A stretch of DNA of 64,000 nt from Raillietiella orientalis (taxonomy: Eukaryota): positions 2,790,001 through 2,854,000 of the forward strand of contig JAYWIR010000007.1 in the NCBI GenBank assembly GCA_036172245.1, given 5' to 3'. Numbering within the stretch: the stretch's first letter is position 1; each line of letters starts with the position of its first letter. A program made the translations under genes and the position numbers. Below the pieces are notes generated by a model. The model ran no database searches. It was not told the DNA's origin and saw only the letters and a list, made by a program, of their open reading frames with translations. Positions 38,600 to 51,300 of this stretch are shown here, piece after piece.

Positions 38600-41500
38600 T
38601 CCAGCAATCTCCAACCGTGCTAGCCCCGTGCTCTGCTTGCATCCTTCCGATATCAGGCAGACGCGATGACACGTGGAAATATGCGCGCCCAAAAGTCAAT
38701 CGCGCCCTTCAGATGTTTCGTCACTTGGGCGTGGCTTGTCCTCTGAGCCATGTCGCCTGCTCGAAGGCAGTCTGGAGCCAACACTCCACCTTCCTCGAAT
38801 CCTCAGATGGAGCCGTAGAGGACCCCAAGGAAACCACAGCCCATCTCTCCCTCGAAAGTTCCAGGAAACGAGAAAGATGTTGACCTCACGGGCATGCCAT
38901 GGACACCATCCGCGACTCTCTGTGACTTGAGAAGTCGAATAACGACGACCAGTGGGAGGATGCCGAACAAAATGGGGGAAACATTCCATCTCTTTGGGAT
39001 GTTCTCAGAGCAGAAGGCAAAGGAAGAGGGAGCAGAAAGGAGGATCGAAGGCCAGAGTTCTGCTTTCCATATGTTCAAGAAGCATTTCTATTCTAGTTCA
39101 GGACTTTCGATGCAAACTGCTCCCGATCCTCTGGAAGGATTCGGAATGTCGAATCGCATCCGACAGAACCTCTTCTCCCGGCATACCTTCCTGACTAACA
39201 AAACGCAAAGGTCTTCTTCCTTGCCCGAAAGCAAAGAAAGATGGCAGAGGGGTGAGTAGAGAGATTGCCAAGGGTCAGTGATTAGAACGAAAGTGGTACC
39301 TCGAGAGAACGCACTCCTGGAAACCGGATGCTTCTCACATTCACACACCTGGAGTCTCCACAAGAGTGATGCAGTCTCACAAAGAAGTCACCGCATCAGA
39401 AAAAGGATCAAGCCGTGCTAGCAGCATGAGCAGCATGTTCATCTCGCTGGAACAGCCGCTTGGCTCTTCTGGGAGAAAAAGCTTTATTTAGTGGTGTGCT
39501 CTTCCGCACAGAAGGGAAATTCCTTAAACCAAGATGTCACCTTTTTGTTCTCTTTCTCTACAGTCATCTCTGTCTCCATTTGGTTGTCCCTGTGCAAACA
39601 GTTTCTGGAGGGGGGAGGAGTGGAAGGCACAGTCGATCTCTCGACTGTTCTCCTTTCCAGTTCATGGCCTGCAGTTGCTGTGTCCTCCTTGGTGCGATTT
39701 CCATCCAGGAGGCAAATGTCTCCGTTTGGTCCCTGAAGCAGCCCAAGCGAAGAATGCGCAAGGCATTCTCTTCCTCTTTCCTTCTCTCTTCCCCTTCTTT
39801 TGCGATCAGTTGACTTTCATTTGGCTGGATGTGAGCGGCTGACTGGTCGAGAATTCTCAGAGAAGAAGACTCAGAGGAGGTCGATTCTTCAGTAACCAGC
39901 TTTCCCGGAGGCAGCCGGTCCCTTTCAAGCCCAAACTAGCTGTTATTGCGTGTCAGGAGAACTCAGGCAGTCCTTCGTCGAGAATCCCATCCCTCGGGAG
40001 CATCCTTTTGGCTCTTAACTGCCCCACTTGCGCAGAGTTTGCAACTTCGGGGTCGCAAAAAGGGTGGGCGCTGAAGGCGGCCCCATCCCTGCTTTCGATT
40101 CGATTCTTGCTCTCCTAACCGCAATAGAAGGGCATTTTTCCCACTGGGACCTCTCAAGGAAACCATGGAGACTTCGGGGAAGTTGAATCTCCTCAGGAAG
40201 CATATAGTCTCCTCTGAAAGACTCCTCTTGTTCCCCTCTCCCTCTCCACCTGAGGCCGCTTTCAATAAGATTCCCTCTCCCGGTCCAACGCTTCCCCGCT
40301 CAACAAGCCTCTTCTCCCTGTGACGATATTATGATGCAATCTGGACATGCAAGGCAAACTGGAAATCAAGAATTTTTTTTGCATCGCCCTGTTGCCAGGA
40401 ATAGGTCTTCTGTATCCTTCTAACAAAGAACGGACGACGAGCCATCTGTAGATCTTTCTGGCTGAAGTAGTATCCCCTGCCTTTCACTGAACATCTTTCC
40501 CTCAACATTTTATGTCTGGATGCTCTCCCCTTTCAAGTGACTGGAGAATGGTGATGAGGGAGCCAGCCGAATCTCTTTTCCCCAACTCGGTTACCTTTTT
40601 TCTCAACTTAATTGAGCGACCTTTCTGTTCCCTCTTGAAACTAAATGCCACATGCCTCTCCCTTGTAGTAGGGACCGCCCACCCCAAATCCCATCTCCTT
40701 CAGACCCATCTTCCATGCAACCATGAAACCAATATTCAGCCCTCAGTGCGGCGAAGAGACTATGCAAGTCTTCCTGGTCCCCACGTTGGTTTCATTTGGT
40801 AGCACAAACCGGTCTCCATTGAACCCACTTGTCTAATTCTTGGGTGAAGCTGCTCTCTATAAAATGGAAGCACTTACCGGGAAACACTCATAAGGAACCA
40901 AGTGAAGCTCTTAGTCGAAGACTTTTTGGAACATCCGAAAGCAAAGGAGAACTGCATTTGGACTCACGGCATAGGAGGAGTGTCTCCATTTCCAAGGACA
41001 AAACAAGGATGGTAGTGATGTCTGGAATTGCCCTTCCGAGGAGGATCAGGAGTATCACCCTACATTCGGTAGAGGAGGACGTGATCTTTCTAATTTCTCA
41101 ATTAAAGTGAGCCTGTAGAGATTCTTCCAAGAGATACATTCTGAGCGTTCTGGAAACGCCCAAAGCGTCATCGGGAAACATCTAGCTGTTGGTGTTTCAC
41201 CGCGCTTGATTCCTGACATGCAATTTTTGCGCAAAGCTGCGAGGTTGCTTCCTTCCTCCCATTGGAGGATTCATGAGTCTCCTGACGAGACTGGCAGCGC
41301 TGCATGCTTGCCAGATTATTAGATTTTTACCCGGTTATGCTGAGACGTTTACTCAAAAATAAAATAAACAGAAAAGTTGGGAGCGAAGTTCCCGAAACAA
41401 AAAACGCGAAAAAAAAAAAAAAAAAAGGAAATTTAAGGGGAGAGTTCACCTAGTTACTCAGGTCGTTTCCTGGAGCAGTCCAAAGTGGAAGGGAAGAATA

Positions 41501-44000
41501 CAACAAAGACTAACGGAGCAGGGTGTACGGCGATCTTCGACTTTTCTTCTTCCAGGTGAGGCCACCTCGTAGCCGTCCTCGTGTAGGCGGCTGCTGCGCG
41601 GGTGGCCTCCCTTCGCTGAGCCCGAAACTCCCAACACATGGCGGGCTGTGTCGATGCGATGTAGCGGATGCAACAGATCGTCGCAATCGTGGCGCCTTTG
41701 GGGAATCCACCACATGCGGAGAATCGCCTCAGCAAGACGCTGACGGTGTCCTCAGGCTGCAGGAGCTCTGAAGTCAGCCTCCGTCAAACTTCCTGGAGGA
41801 CATCGCATTCCAACGATAGGTGAGGGAACGATTCGGTCGCCTCGCAACTCAATTTGGGGACGGAACCTTCCCTGAAGCCAGGTCCCTACTCCAGTTGCTC
41901 TGGAAGCCCCAGTGCAGAAACAGGTGTTTCCGCCTCAAGGTAAACACAGAATTGCTCGTGCACAAAGGAGGGATCGCAATGGCATAGTAGAAAGCCCTCT
42001 CCATTGAAACAGTCCCGTCGCCCGATAACACGGAATGGCGGTGTCCACCACTTCACTTGCCCTCCAGCCGCCCAGAGTTTGGTCACTCCTGCAATGGTTT
42101 GGAAAAACTCCCACCCCTCCTGCTGGCACCTGTCGTTGCTTGCCCTTAGAACAGACTGCCTGCCGGATTAGAGAGCGTCCCTCACTCTGCGTCTTATGCG
42201 CTCTACATCTCGTTCGTTCCCTAGAAACCAAAGATGAGAACCGACAGGTGCTGCTGGAGTTGATTCTTTGCCTTTCTGATCCAATGATATGGAACTGCAT
42301 CACCACTAAAGCAGCCCGCTCGAACCACCAAAACCAGGACAACTCGAAACTTCATGACTAAATGGGATAATCATTCATGATGGAAAGCGTTCAAAGAGTG
42401 CTTTACGTATCACTACCTCATGGAATGCTCCTTGTCTTCCGCGACACCTGCAGAGCCCATTGGTATTTCCTCAAGAGAACGAATCCCAAAAGCACTCTTC
42501 AATCTTTCCACTTTAAAAACGTACTTTTTGCCTATTCTTACACGTTCCTGCAATTTCAATCGGAAAAGTAGCAAAAGAATGCAATCCCAGTGGCGCAAGC
42601 TAAAGAATAGGCGCAACAGGAGGAAGGTGATTCGCTAAAGCTGCAAGACAGAATGAGGACGCCCAACAGCGTGCATATCAGGCTGCTTCAAGTGGGTTCT
42701 GATTCCATACATCTCAGAGACTGCTTGTTTGAAAAAACAACAACAAAATGAGATTTACCATGGATCAGTCTTTACACACTTCCTTTCTTCTCTGCGTCGG
42801 AAGCTTCAACAGCTCTTTTCTGATCTTTTGCTACGGTTGGAAAGAAAAAGAGTTCTGCAGGATGATCAAAAATAAGGCTTCCATAAAAACTCGCCAACCA
42901 CATAACCCGTGGATGGAGGCTGCGGAAGTAACCGAAAGTGGCACCCGCCACAGTAGTAGCGTGCAGCTAATGCAACTAGGGATGATGCTACTTCTTGCCT
43001 GGAACAGAGCATCTCCCGAGAAAAGGGTCAATGAGATTTTCGACAAAGTCTCCTTGTCGTTTAGAAACGATGAGTAACATCGAAACTGAGCGCCAAGGAA
43101 GTTACGGGTAGCACGAGATGCGGTGGCTGCACCGAGTCAATGCGAGGACGTGACCGCCGATGGGTTTTTACTTTCGAAGGTGCTGGAAAAAGTACTAGAG
43201 CCTTGTTCCATACTCGTTTCTTGCGCCACGGTTCTGCTGCGGGTATAAAATCAATCTGAGGAAGCGATTCACAAAAGCAGCGTGGCTTCCTGTTGAGATT
43301 GGTTATTAATCTTCCACGAGCAAGGCGATGTGTCTCTTTGTCTTGCGCTCACTATAGCAGCTGCTAGAATATGGACCTTGGACCAAGTCCTGATTCCTCG
43401 GGAAACAAATTTGCTGCACTTTCGATGCTCCATAATCCAGTACAGGTCGAGCACAGGAGCAGCAGAGTGCTGAACGGCATGAAGAGGCAGCAGATATTTC
43501 ATGCTTTTTCTTTCAACATGACCCTCTCTACAACTGATTCGAAGTTATATTTGTGGTTCCAGAAGATTAAGCGGAGCACTTTGTTCTTATCTCGGGAATG
43601 AGGACCTTCGAGTTTGGGCTATCACTCAGTTCAGACTCTTTTCTGCATGTTTTCCTCTTCTAAAAAAACATCGAGCAAGAATAACAAGAAGCTGCAAATA
43701 GAAAACCAACTTTTCTGGGAATGTTTTCATCGGAGTGCTCCATCGCCTTCAGACCACTATGCTTTCCGAACACATGAAGGTATTTTGAGTGACTTTCCTT
43801 TGGGAATCTGTCCCTAGGTCAAAATCTTTGTTCATTATCAGCTGATGCCCTGTTGAAAGGAATTTCTGAGATTTCTCACAAAAGCAAAGATTGCGATCGA
43901 ACTTTCTTGAAGATCTCTTTTCACATTTAGATCGCAGAGGTTGCATGTGCTCCTTAGACATCGTTTCTGTTTCATCAGCTACGACCTAATCCAGGAGTCA
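38600..44000 (-). mobile_element. Decayed I/Jockey-group LINE (ORF1, APE endonuclease, RT, RNaseH), interrupted at ~41350-41830
   Basis: Minus-strand order: DFIP..EYG..GGH.A..C (~43100-43260); APE-like VMQFHIIG, GGVGVF, AIPP and WGFQ (41850-42320); KIYRWLVVRSLLEG (~40420-40460); RDEHAAHAA (~39420, cf. GNExADxxA); FCRMRFD (~39150, cf. RLRxGH). Confidence 0.45.
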
Positions 44001-45099
44001 CATCCGCATTACTGATTTATAACTTGATCCTTCTTTCCTGTATCACAAGAGTACCAACATCCTTATTTAGTACGTTATTTGGTATCTCCTTCTTATCCTC
44101 TTTATTTGGTACAATCAACCCTGCTTTATGTATTTAAAGCTATGAAGGGTAAGCTTGCGTCATTCAAATGTGCTCGATTTTCACGAATGGCTGGCATTTT
44201 GGCTTTTCCAAACTGAAGAGCTATCTCGAGATTCCGAACCATTCAGTTTCCAGGAGCTATTCATTGAGACACTCTCAGCACACTTTCTTCTCAAAAACTC
44301 ACATGAGATAAGACGCGATGATAGAAGCTAGAGGCAGATGAGGAGCTTCTTTTCAATTGAACATGCTAGTGGCTCCAAAGATACCTAAATTCGGATCCTC
44401 TGAACATCTAATGATAAGTACATCCATGGATTCTGCAGGTTTCATCATCATGGCGTTCATCCTGAACCCCGAAGAGCTGAAATTATGTCTGTTTATTAAC
44501 GAACAGAAATCATGATCAACGCCGCTCGAAAGAGATGCTTCATCAAGAATGGAGGCTGGGAAGGGATTTTTGAGGGAAATGAACGAATGTACCAGAAAGA
44601 TTCCCAAGGAATGGCCGAATTCCCAAGCTCCTATTTTTGTTTTACTCCATCCCCTGGAGGATTTGCATGCAGTCTTGGGAGCATAAAAGCTCTCGTAACA
44701 AGGCGAGGATTCAAAGATGAGCAACAGTGAAAACAGAGAAATGCAAACAAATTGCGGCAGCAGGAGGATTTCTCACTTGGATTCCCGTGGCACCGATTCG
44801 GCGGGATCGTTTCATGACTGAACCTGAGTTCTGCAGTGTTATGGGATGACTACGGGGAGGGTTACGGGGTCGCCCGGAGATTCTTCCTGGTTCGTTCGAG
44901 GAACTGTCCCTGGTTTCACAGGATGAGAACGGAAAGGGAAATACAAAGATGACGTGAACGATACGAGATGCGGATCCTGTTTGGCATTTCGCTCAGCTTT
45001 CGGGTTCACTCTTTGATCTTAGCCAAAAGGCCGAGAAGAGACGTTCTTCTGATGTGAGAATGCATCGATGCATTTGCCTTGCGGAAGCTTCCACCAGTT

Positions 45100-45600
45100 T
45101 CATCTGGTCTCTGGAAAATCATCTAACTTTCGCCCTTATCTCTGTGCCAGCTTTCCTCCTGGTGCTGGAAGGCGGTGCCTTTGGTAATGTAAAGTGCCGT
45201 TTCGAGCTGCCACAACAACTGGGGCAGTTTGATGGTAGGCGCTGAAACCGAAATGCACTCTTATAGTGTTCAGTGAAACTCATCACTCGTAGTAACAGGG
45301 AGGTTGTTGGCTCGAGTGCTGCTCTGCTCGCATACCGACCGTGGTTCCGAGGGCGGATTGTGGAAGAGCTGCCGGGAGTAAGAATGATGCGTAACCAAGT
45401 GTTCAGTTGATTTGAGCAAGTGAACTGAGGTCTAAGGGCGGATGATACGCACGCTCTTTCTTCCGGAACTTTTGCAACAGTGAGATGCAAGTTGAGAAGA
45501 GTCATGTAAAGTCAGTTGGCACCAAGGAGGGAAAGCTGACCATCCATCCCAGTGTACTAGCTTCATTTGCTCCTTGCTGCTTACTATGGCGGAAGAAGAC
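45100..45600 (-). mobile_element. Possible LINE ORF2 C-terminal remnant
   Basis: LLLRVMSFTEHYKSAFRFQRLPSNCPSCCGSSKRH in ORF 45119-45505 resembles the RLRTGH...CPxC..H end of ORF2. Confidence 0.3.
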
Positions 45601-46641
45601 GTTCAGATTTGATATCCTCTAGCCAACTGTTTCGAGATTTCGGAACTCCGTCCATGAGCTAAGGAGGCAAATTTTTTTCTAGCCAAAAGAGACAGTGATG
45701 GATCCCTCCAATGGACTTCAAGCCAAAGAAGATTTTTTCCTCGCTCCGATGACTGCGTAATTCGATGATTTTCGGGATGAGTGCCTCTAGCCCGTTCCCT
45801 GGTGGCCCTTCCCATGTTTGACTGGAAATTTGTAAGGGGCAGTTTAGCCAAAAGGAGAGCTTTCTTCAGTTCGGCTAGGTGGTTTTAGAGATCCGAGCGC
45901 CTCTGAATTCTTCAGTTATAGAGAAAACGAGAGGGAAATGTTGGAAGTGAGAAGGTAAAAATGGAGACGATTAGTGGTTGAGGAAAGAATATCTCCATTT
46001 TTTTTTTCCAGCTAAGATACAAGGAGGAGTTCACGAGAAAAGATATCGCGAAGCAACAACGACAGCGGCAAACCGGGTGTTTCACTAGGTGTTTGCACCT
46101 CATTTTCTGTCCCAGTATCTTCTACGAATCTTTTAAAATGAATACTCATTGAATCAGGATGTGGTCGAAGGAAAGTTGGAAGATCAGTAAGTGATGTTCC
46201 CATGGTGTCCATTCAACGGTTCAAGAAGCCCGTTTGGTAGAATTCGCACCTGAAGAAAAGGCATGCGTTCACTCTAGACTCATTTATGCGACTGGAGTGG
46301 ACCAGGAAGCACCCATTTGATGCTTCAGTTGAGCACAATTTGATGCGATAAGCAGTAACAGACCACAGCTGTTCCTCTCCGTCGGAGACTGCACGAATGT
46401 CAAGCGATGCATGAGAAAAAAGAAGCGAGACGAGAGACACCTTTACTTCGTCGCTGTGGCTCAAAGGATAGCTCAGCTTCTGGGTGTTTTTGGCACGTGC
46501 GGACCAAGATGCTCTGGGACACGCACGCCCTGGCATCTGGGGAACTTCATATGCTCTTTCACATCCTGGCTGCCGATGAAATAAGCAATATTGTGCGCAC
46601 ACTTCACAAGAGACATTACACTTCACTGACAAAATATGTTC

Positions 46642-46647
46642 TTTATT
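46642..46647 (-). terminator. Candidate polyadenylation signal of the Maf gene
   Basis: First AATAAA seen on the minus strand, ~240 nt after the stop codon, followed by GT-rich sequence. Confidence 0.45.
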
Positions 46648-46888
46648 GATGCCAATCCGAAAGAATGGGGATCGAAGGGATTTCTGCCATTCTGTTCACA
46701 AATCACTACATCGGTCTCCCGAAGCGGTGAAATCGCGACACGTTATCATCTCTCGAAACGCCACTTTATGCGAACTTCTGATCTCTGGTTCTTTCGAAAT
46801 ACCCTGTAACAGTCTGTCCTACCTCTCGATCCTTCCACTGAGTAAGAGAGCTTGGCGAGGGAAGAGGAAGAATGGAATAACACTTTTA

Positions 46889-47986
46889 TCACATCAAAAA
46901 ATCCGGCGATGAACTGATGGCTAGATCCTGCTGCTGCACGATGGCGTCCCTCTGCAAGGTGTTGCTGAGGTTGGATAGGGCGGAATTCCTGGAGCGGAGC
47001 AGTTCGTACTTCTGCCGGAAAATTTCCTTCTCTTGAATGGCTCTTTGCAGCTCCAGCTTGATGCGTTGGTACTCCGTTTGCAAGTGGTGATTTTCTCTCT
47101 CCAGTTCGTGTCTTTGCTGAATCCTCTTGCTGCGGCAATTCTGAGCGTATCCTCTGTTTTTCAAAGTGCGCCTCTTTTGCTTCAACCTAACCACGTCCTC
47201 TTTAGGGAATCCTTGTAATTTTTTATTAAGTTCTCTTACTGTTAGCGACATAAGTATCTCGTCATTCAGCAGGTCTGGAGACAGCTGCTTGGAGTAATTA
47301 TTGGAACAGTGAGTGCTCGAATTCGACGAGCGGGAGTTCAGTGATCCTACGTTATCTGCTGCTGCTGCCGTTTCCAGAAGGGACCCATAGTCTTTTCGAT
47401 TCATCATCCAAGAATTTTCCAGTGCTTGCTCAACGTACTGAGGTCGAAGATCGAGAGGCTCCTGGATGCCGTTCAGGCGGATGTTTGGTGGTACCCAAAT
47501 CATGTCGTCCAGAATCGGCTTCTGTTCCACGTGGCGGGGAAGGTGATTATGTATGTGGTAATACATCGGGGAAGGCGAAAGGCTACCACTGTTGGGCGAA
47601 CTTTCTGAGGGAGTGTCTGGAGGGGTTCCCGGAGTACTTGGAGTCAAGGGCAGTATCGTCTTGCTCTGCTGATTGGGAGAGTTGAGAGACACACATGTTC
47701 CGTTGAGGTTTAGGGCATGCATGGACATTTGGGCACAGTTACTGTTCAGAGGTCCAATCATTTGGGCCGGTACTGGGTTGTGGTGGTACGGCGCTCCGTT
47801 TAGGTTGCTGATCACGTGCAGCTGCTGGTGTCCACCGGAAGGATCAAACATGTGGTGGTAATGGTGGGAGGTCTGCATGATGAGTCGGTTCCTCTGATCC
47901 ATTTCCCTCTTCATTGCTTCTTCGAACTGGTCCAGATTGAACTCGCTGACGTACTCATCGGATATTCGGTTCACGTCCTCCTCCAT
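46889..47986 (-). CDS. tj: Large Maf bZIP transcription factor (traffic jam / MafA/B-like), 365 aa, intronless
   Basis: N-terminal [14 protein letters not shown] resembles the large-Maf EYVNDFDL..FEVKKE motif. A TP/SP-rich [12 protein letters not shown] segment follows. The extended homology region and basic region read [47 protein letters not shown], followed by a leucine zipper. The C-terminus SSPDFLM matches the large-Maf SSPEFF(M/L) end. Confidence 0.97.
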   Translation of the reverse strand: MEEDVNRISDEYVSEFNLDQFEEAMKREMDQRNRLIMQTSHHYHHMFDPSGGHQQLHVISNLNGAPYHHNPVPAQMIGPLNSNCAQMSMHALNLNGTCVSLNSPNQQSKTILPLTPSTPGTPPDTPSESSPNSGSLSPSPMYYHIHNHLPRHVEQKPILDDMIWVPPNIRLNGIQEPLDLRPQYVEQALENSWMMNRKDYGSLLETAAAADNVGSLNSRSSNSSTHCSNNYSKQLSPDLLNDEILMSLTVRELNKKLQGFPKEDVVRLKQKRRTLKNRGYAQNCRSKRIQQRHELERENHHLQTEYQRIKLELQRAIQEKEIFRQKYELLRSRNSALSNLSNTLQRDAIVQQQDLAISSSPDFLM

Positions 47987-48020
47987 CGCTGGTTGCGCGA
48001 ACTCGGAATGCGCTACGTCT

Positions 48021-48251
48021 TCAGTGGCAACACAGCATCAGCTCGGAAACTCGGGAAGCCGCGCAATGGGGGAAGACCAAGTCTTCACGTTCGGCACGAG
48101 CGCGGCGGAGGAGCACGTGCTCCGTTCGCACCGAGACCAGCCAATCCACACATTTCCTCGACAGGCAGCTTGGAGATCCTTTCCCAGACCTTTGAACGGG
48201 ATAAAATTATCCGTTCAATGCACAGGCGTTGAAAGGAAGTGACGGGTACAT
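48021..48251 (-). promoter_or_regulatory. Three upstream ORFs in the predicted Maf 5' leader
   Basis: ATG-initiated uORFs read directly from the sequence: 48251-48207 (MYPSLPFNACALNG*), 48153-48085 (22 aa) and 48038-48021 (MLCCH*). Depends on the predicted TSS at ~48273. Confidence 0.6.
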
Positions 48252-48270
48252 GATTTGCGTGCTCTCAAGT

Positions 48271-48330
48271 ACTGATCTCGGAGCATCGCCTCGCAACCTT
48301 ATATCCAGGGAGTGAAGGCGAAGCCCCGCC
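48271..48330 (-). promoter_or_regulatory. Core promoter of the Maf gene (GC box, TATA, Inr)
   Basis: On the minus strand, TATAAG starts at 48303, exactly 30 nt upstream of the A (48273) of the initiator TCAGT (48275-48271). GC box GGCGGGGC at 48330-48323. Confidence 0.75.
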
Positions 48331-51300
48331 TCGTTTAACACTTTATGTCCCGCAAGTAGAACCTGCACCCTGCGTTTTCACAGCCTATGAGGTAACTGAT
48401 TAAAAACGAGGGAGAGGGGGAGGGAAGTACTGACTGCGGAGCGGTTGCCAACGCCGCTGCTCAGCTCGGATCGGCCGTGCTGTACTTCCCCCTTCTCCGT
48501 CGATTTTCTCCCTGTTGGCAAAGATTTCTCTCGCGTCAAAGCAGGCGGAGGCCGATAGCTCCGTGGGCGAATCGGTTTGTAGCGGCACGGAGGGGGGCTG
48601 GCAGCGGAATCAGGGAAAGCCTGGAAACCGCTCTCTCTTCCTCCCTCTGCCTTGGCCGATTCTTCGAAGGCTTCCCGCACTGCGACGAGTCGGTCTGCTA
48701 AGGCCTCCCGAAAGGGGCGGGCGAGAGGGGAAAAAAAGGCAAAAAACGAAACAAAACGAAACCCGCGCATCGGCATTCCTGCTTATCGATGCTCGGGCAC
48801 ACGAGGAAACAAGTTTCAAGTGATGGGATTTTGTTTTATTTTATTTTTCCGAAAGGGGGAAAGCGCGAAAGATTTCACGCAGGCTGGAGGCAGTCGTCGG
48901 AAATGCAGTGGGAAGCCACGGCATTCCAATCCACGGCGCGTTTTTCCTCTCTCCTGTGTCACCCGGTGTTCCCACTCGGCAACCAGGAATCCAACCCTGT
49001 GTTTCAGAGAGGACTCGGTGCTGACCTCACCCACAAGCATCGCAGAAAGCACCAGCGTCAGCGGCTGGAAAATAAAGTTGGCAGTCTGCACGTGTTCGTC
49101 CTCACAACTGACGCGCGGAGGACCGCAACCCATGATCAGTGGATTTTCGGCAGCAACTCTGCTAATCATCCCTGCATCGTTCCGGTTTTAGGGTATCTGC
49201 CTCCGCCGACGTAAGAACCATTTGCCCGTCAGGATGACCAGAAAACGTAATCCTCGAATCGCATACCTCTCTGACACCATCAACATCATCTCTTTCCCCC
49301 ATCCATAGCAAAGCTGGAAGCTCCTACAATTTCCAATAAAGCTTTCTCTTCGCTTCCGAATACCCCAAAGTTACAGGATGGGAGCAGCGCCTCTACATTC
49401 CCATGCGATCCCCGCTGGCGCACATGTCTCGCATAGTGGATTCCCGAACCACCACTGGAGGAGGGATGTCCGTGCAGGACTTCATGCGCAGTTTCCTCCT
49501 ATGCCTGACTTTATCGGTGCTCCGTGGGGACGGCACTTCGACGCTCCGGGAAGCTCGCGCGCAGACGACTCGGTTCGAAGCCGCGCCCCGTGAGTACCAG
49601 AAGTGCCGCCGGGCTGAGGGGAGCGCGCGCCACGAGCAGTTGCGAGAGTGTTCTCCGGAAATCTTCCGCCGACGCCCACCCAGCTGTCTAACCACCCGCT
49701 CTCGTTTGCTCGCCGTGCCCTCTCGACGGCACTCCGCCAGGTAGGGATTGGACGTCCCACGAATTATCACGCCTCCTTCCCCGACTCCCAAAGGAACGAG
49801 TTCTCTAATCAATCACGTCGTGCTGCAAGTGCGCCAAGTTGCCTTCCATGAGTGGCGTCGGCGCGTGGTGTGCGCTCAAGGTACCGAGAGCCTTGTAGCG
49901 CAGTGCTGTCATCTTCCTTCCCCGGTTCCGAAAGACGAGCAGTCCCGGTGCTTTCGCTAGATCTCCTCCCGGTTCCGTGTCCGCGGACCGATCCGGGACG
50001 ATCGTTTTGCCTGCCGAGCAAACGCAAAATGGGAAACGCACTGCCGCGAGGATCGCAGTGCAGGCGCCCTGCAGCTGCGATCCGCCGTCTCCTCTCGCGA
50101 CACGGAGCTGCGCCCGAAAAACTCGGAGCGAGATTGATGCCGACCAATTTCGAAGCAGGAAACAGTGTGGAGATGAAAACCTACCTAGATACTAATTCAC
50201 AGGAACATCTCATAAAGAGCAAATAACGAGATAAGATAAAGAAACTCTTCTGTTCTCTAAGCTTAAATACTCTCCCCCAAAAGTTTCAGTGCCACGTATT
50301 ATTCCACTTGCCGAAGAAATATGACCTTCGGTGGTAACATTTTCTGCAGCATAAAGTGGGAAGCTTCGCGCGTGTTTGCATGCGGATGTGCTTGCAGATT
50401 GCTCTCCCAACTTGGATTTGCTCGGTTGCAGTTTTGGGGCCAGAGACTTTGTGAAAGTAGAAATCTGCATGCACGTCGTCGGCCAAGTTTGTTCATCAGT
50501 TCAGCAGATCCAGCGGAATCGCGTTTTTCTGATGCAGCAAAAAGATAAAGGCGCGCTGCGCGCGTCTGAATAACCCCGGTTTCTAGAAATTTTGGAGCAA
50601 TTGCCTGGATCGACTTCGAAGGTGGAGGACATGAGCGAATTTTTCCTGTGCTCTCTGGGTCTGCCTCCGTGGACACCCTCTCATTTCATGGATCCACAAG
50701 CCATTCTCTGGATTTTTCGACGAGCAGAAACAGAACACAGAAAGAACACATGCACGCCTTTTTTTGCCCCCTTTTTTTTTTTTTTTTATTTTTTTTTTTT
50801 GGTAGCTGCTTGGACGGGCTGCACCGAAACTTCTGCTGCTTCGAGCGGATGCTTCCGACTGTGCTGGCGTCGTCTGAGGTTTTCGGTGGCAGGATGCTTT
50901 TTCGTTTCTGCAGCACTTCGGATTCGAAGTGAGGGCACAGGGGCAGCCAAGATTTCGGTTGAACGCCCAAAGATCCAGCAGTAGCCACACAACATTTAGG
51001 GAACAACCACTGTCGACACGAATCTTCTTCACTCTCCATTCTTCGAGTGTCCCTGCACCTTGACTTTCGAGCAAATGCAACTTCTATAGGGGGGGACTCC
51101 CTTGGGAAACATGCTGGACTGTACATCACTGTACACGGGAACAAGGGTTTTCCAGTGCAGAAGATCGTAAGGAACAACTCGAAGCTGGTTGCTCATCCTT
51201 TCGACTCTGCAGAAAGAAGAATGGTAACCTGATGATTGAGGATCATCGGGGGGATAAACTGTTTTAAAATCTGAAGGAAACAAGAGCAGCATTTTTGAAT

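Larger units (their letters stand above)
48000..50200. promoter_or_regulatory. GC/CpG-rich upstream regulatory region of the Maf gene
   Basis: Visibly CpG-rich, with no TE motifs recognised. The many short overlapping ORFs here are typical of GC-rich non-coding DNA. Confidence 0.5.

Noticed and set aside
46886..46891. Stop-codon readthrough as reported for Drosophila tj
   Set aside because: The TGA is immediately followed in frame by TAA, so no extension is possible.
49019..49025. Maf autoregulatory site (TGCTGAC)
   Set aside because: Only a half-MARE 7-mer, expected by chance in a window this size.
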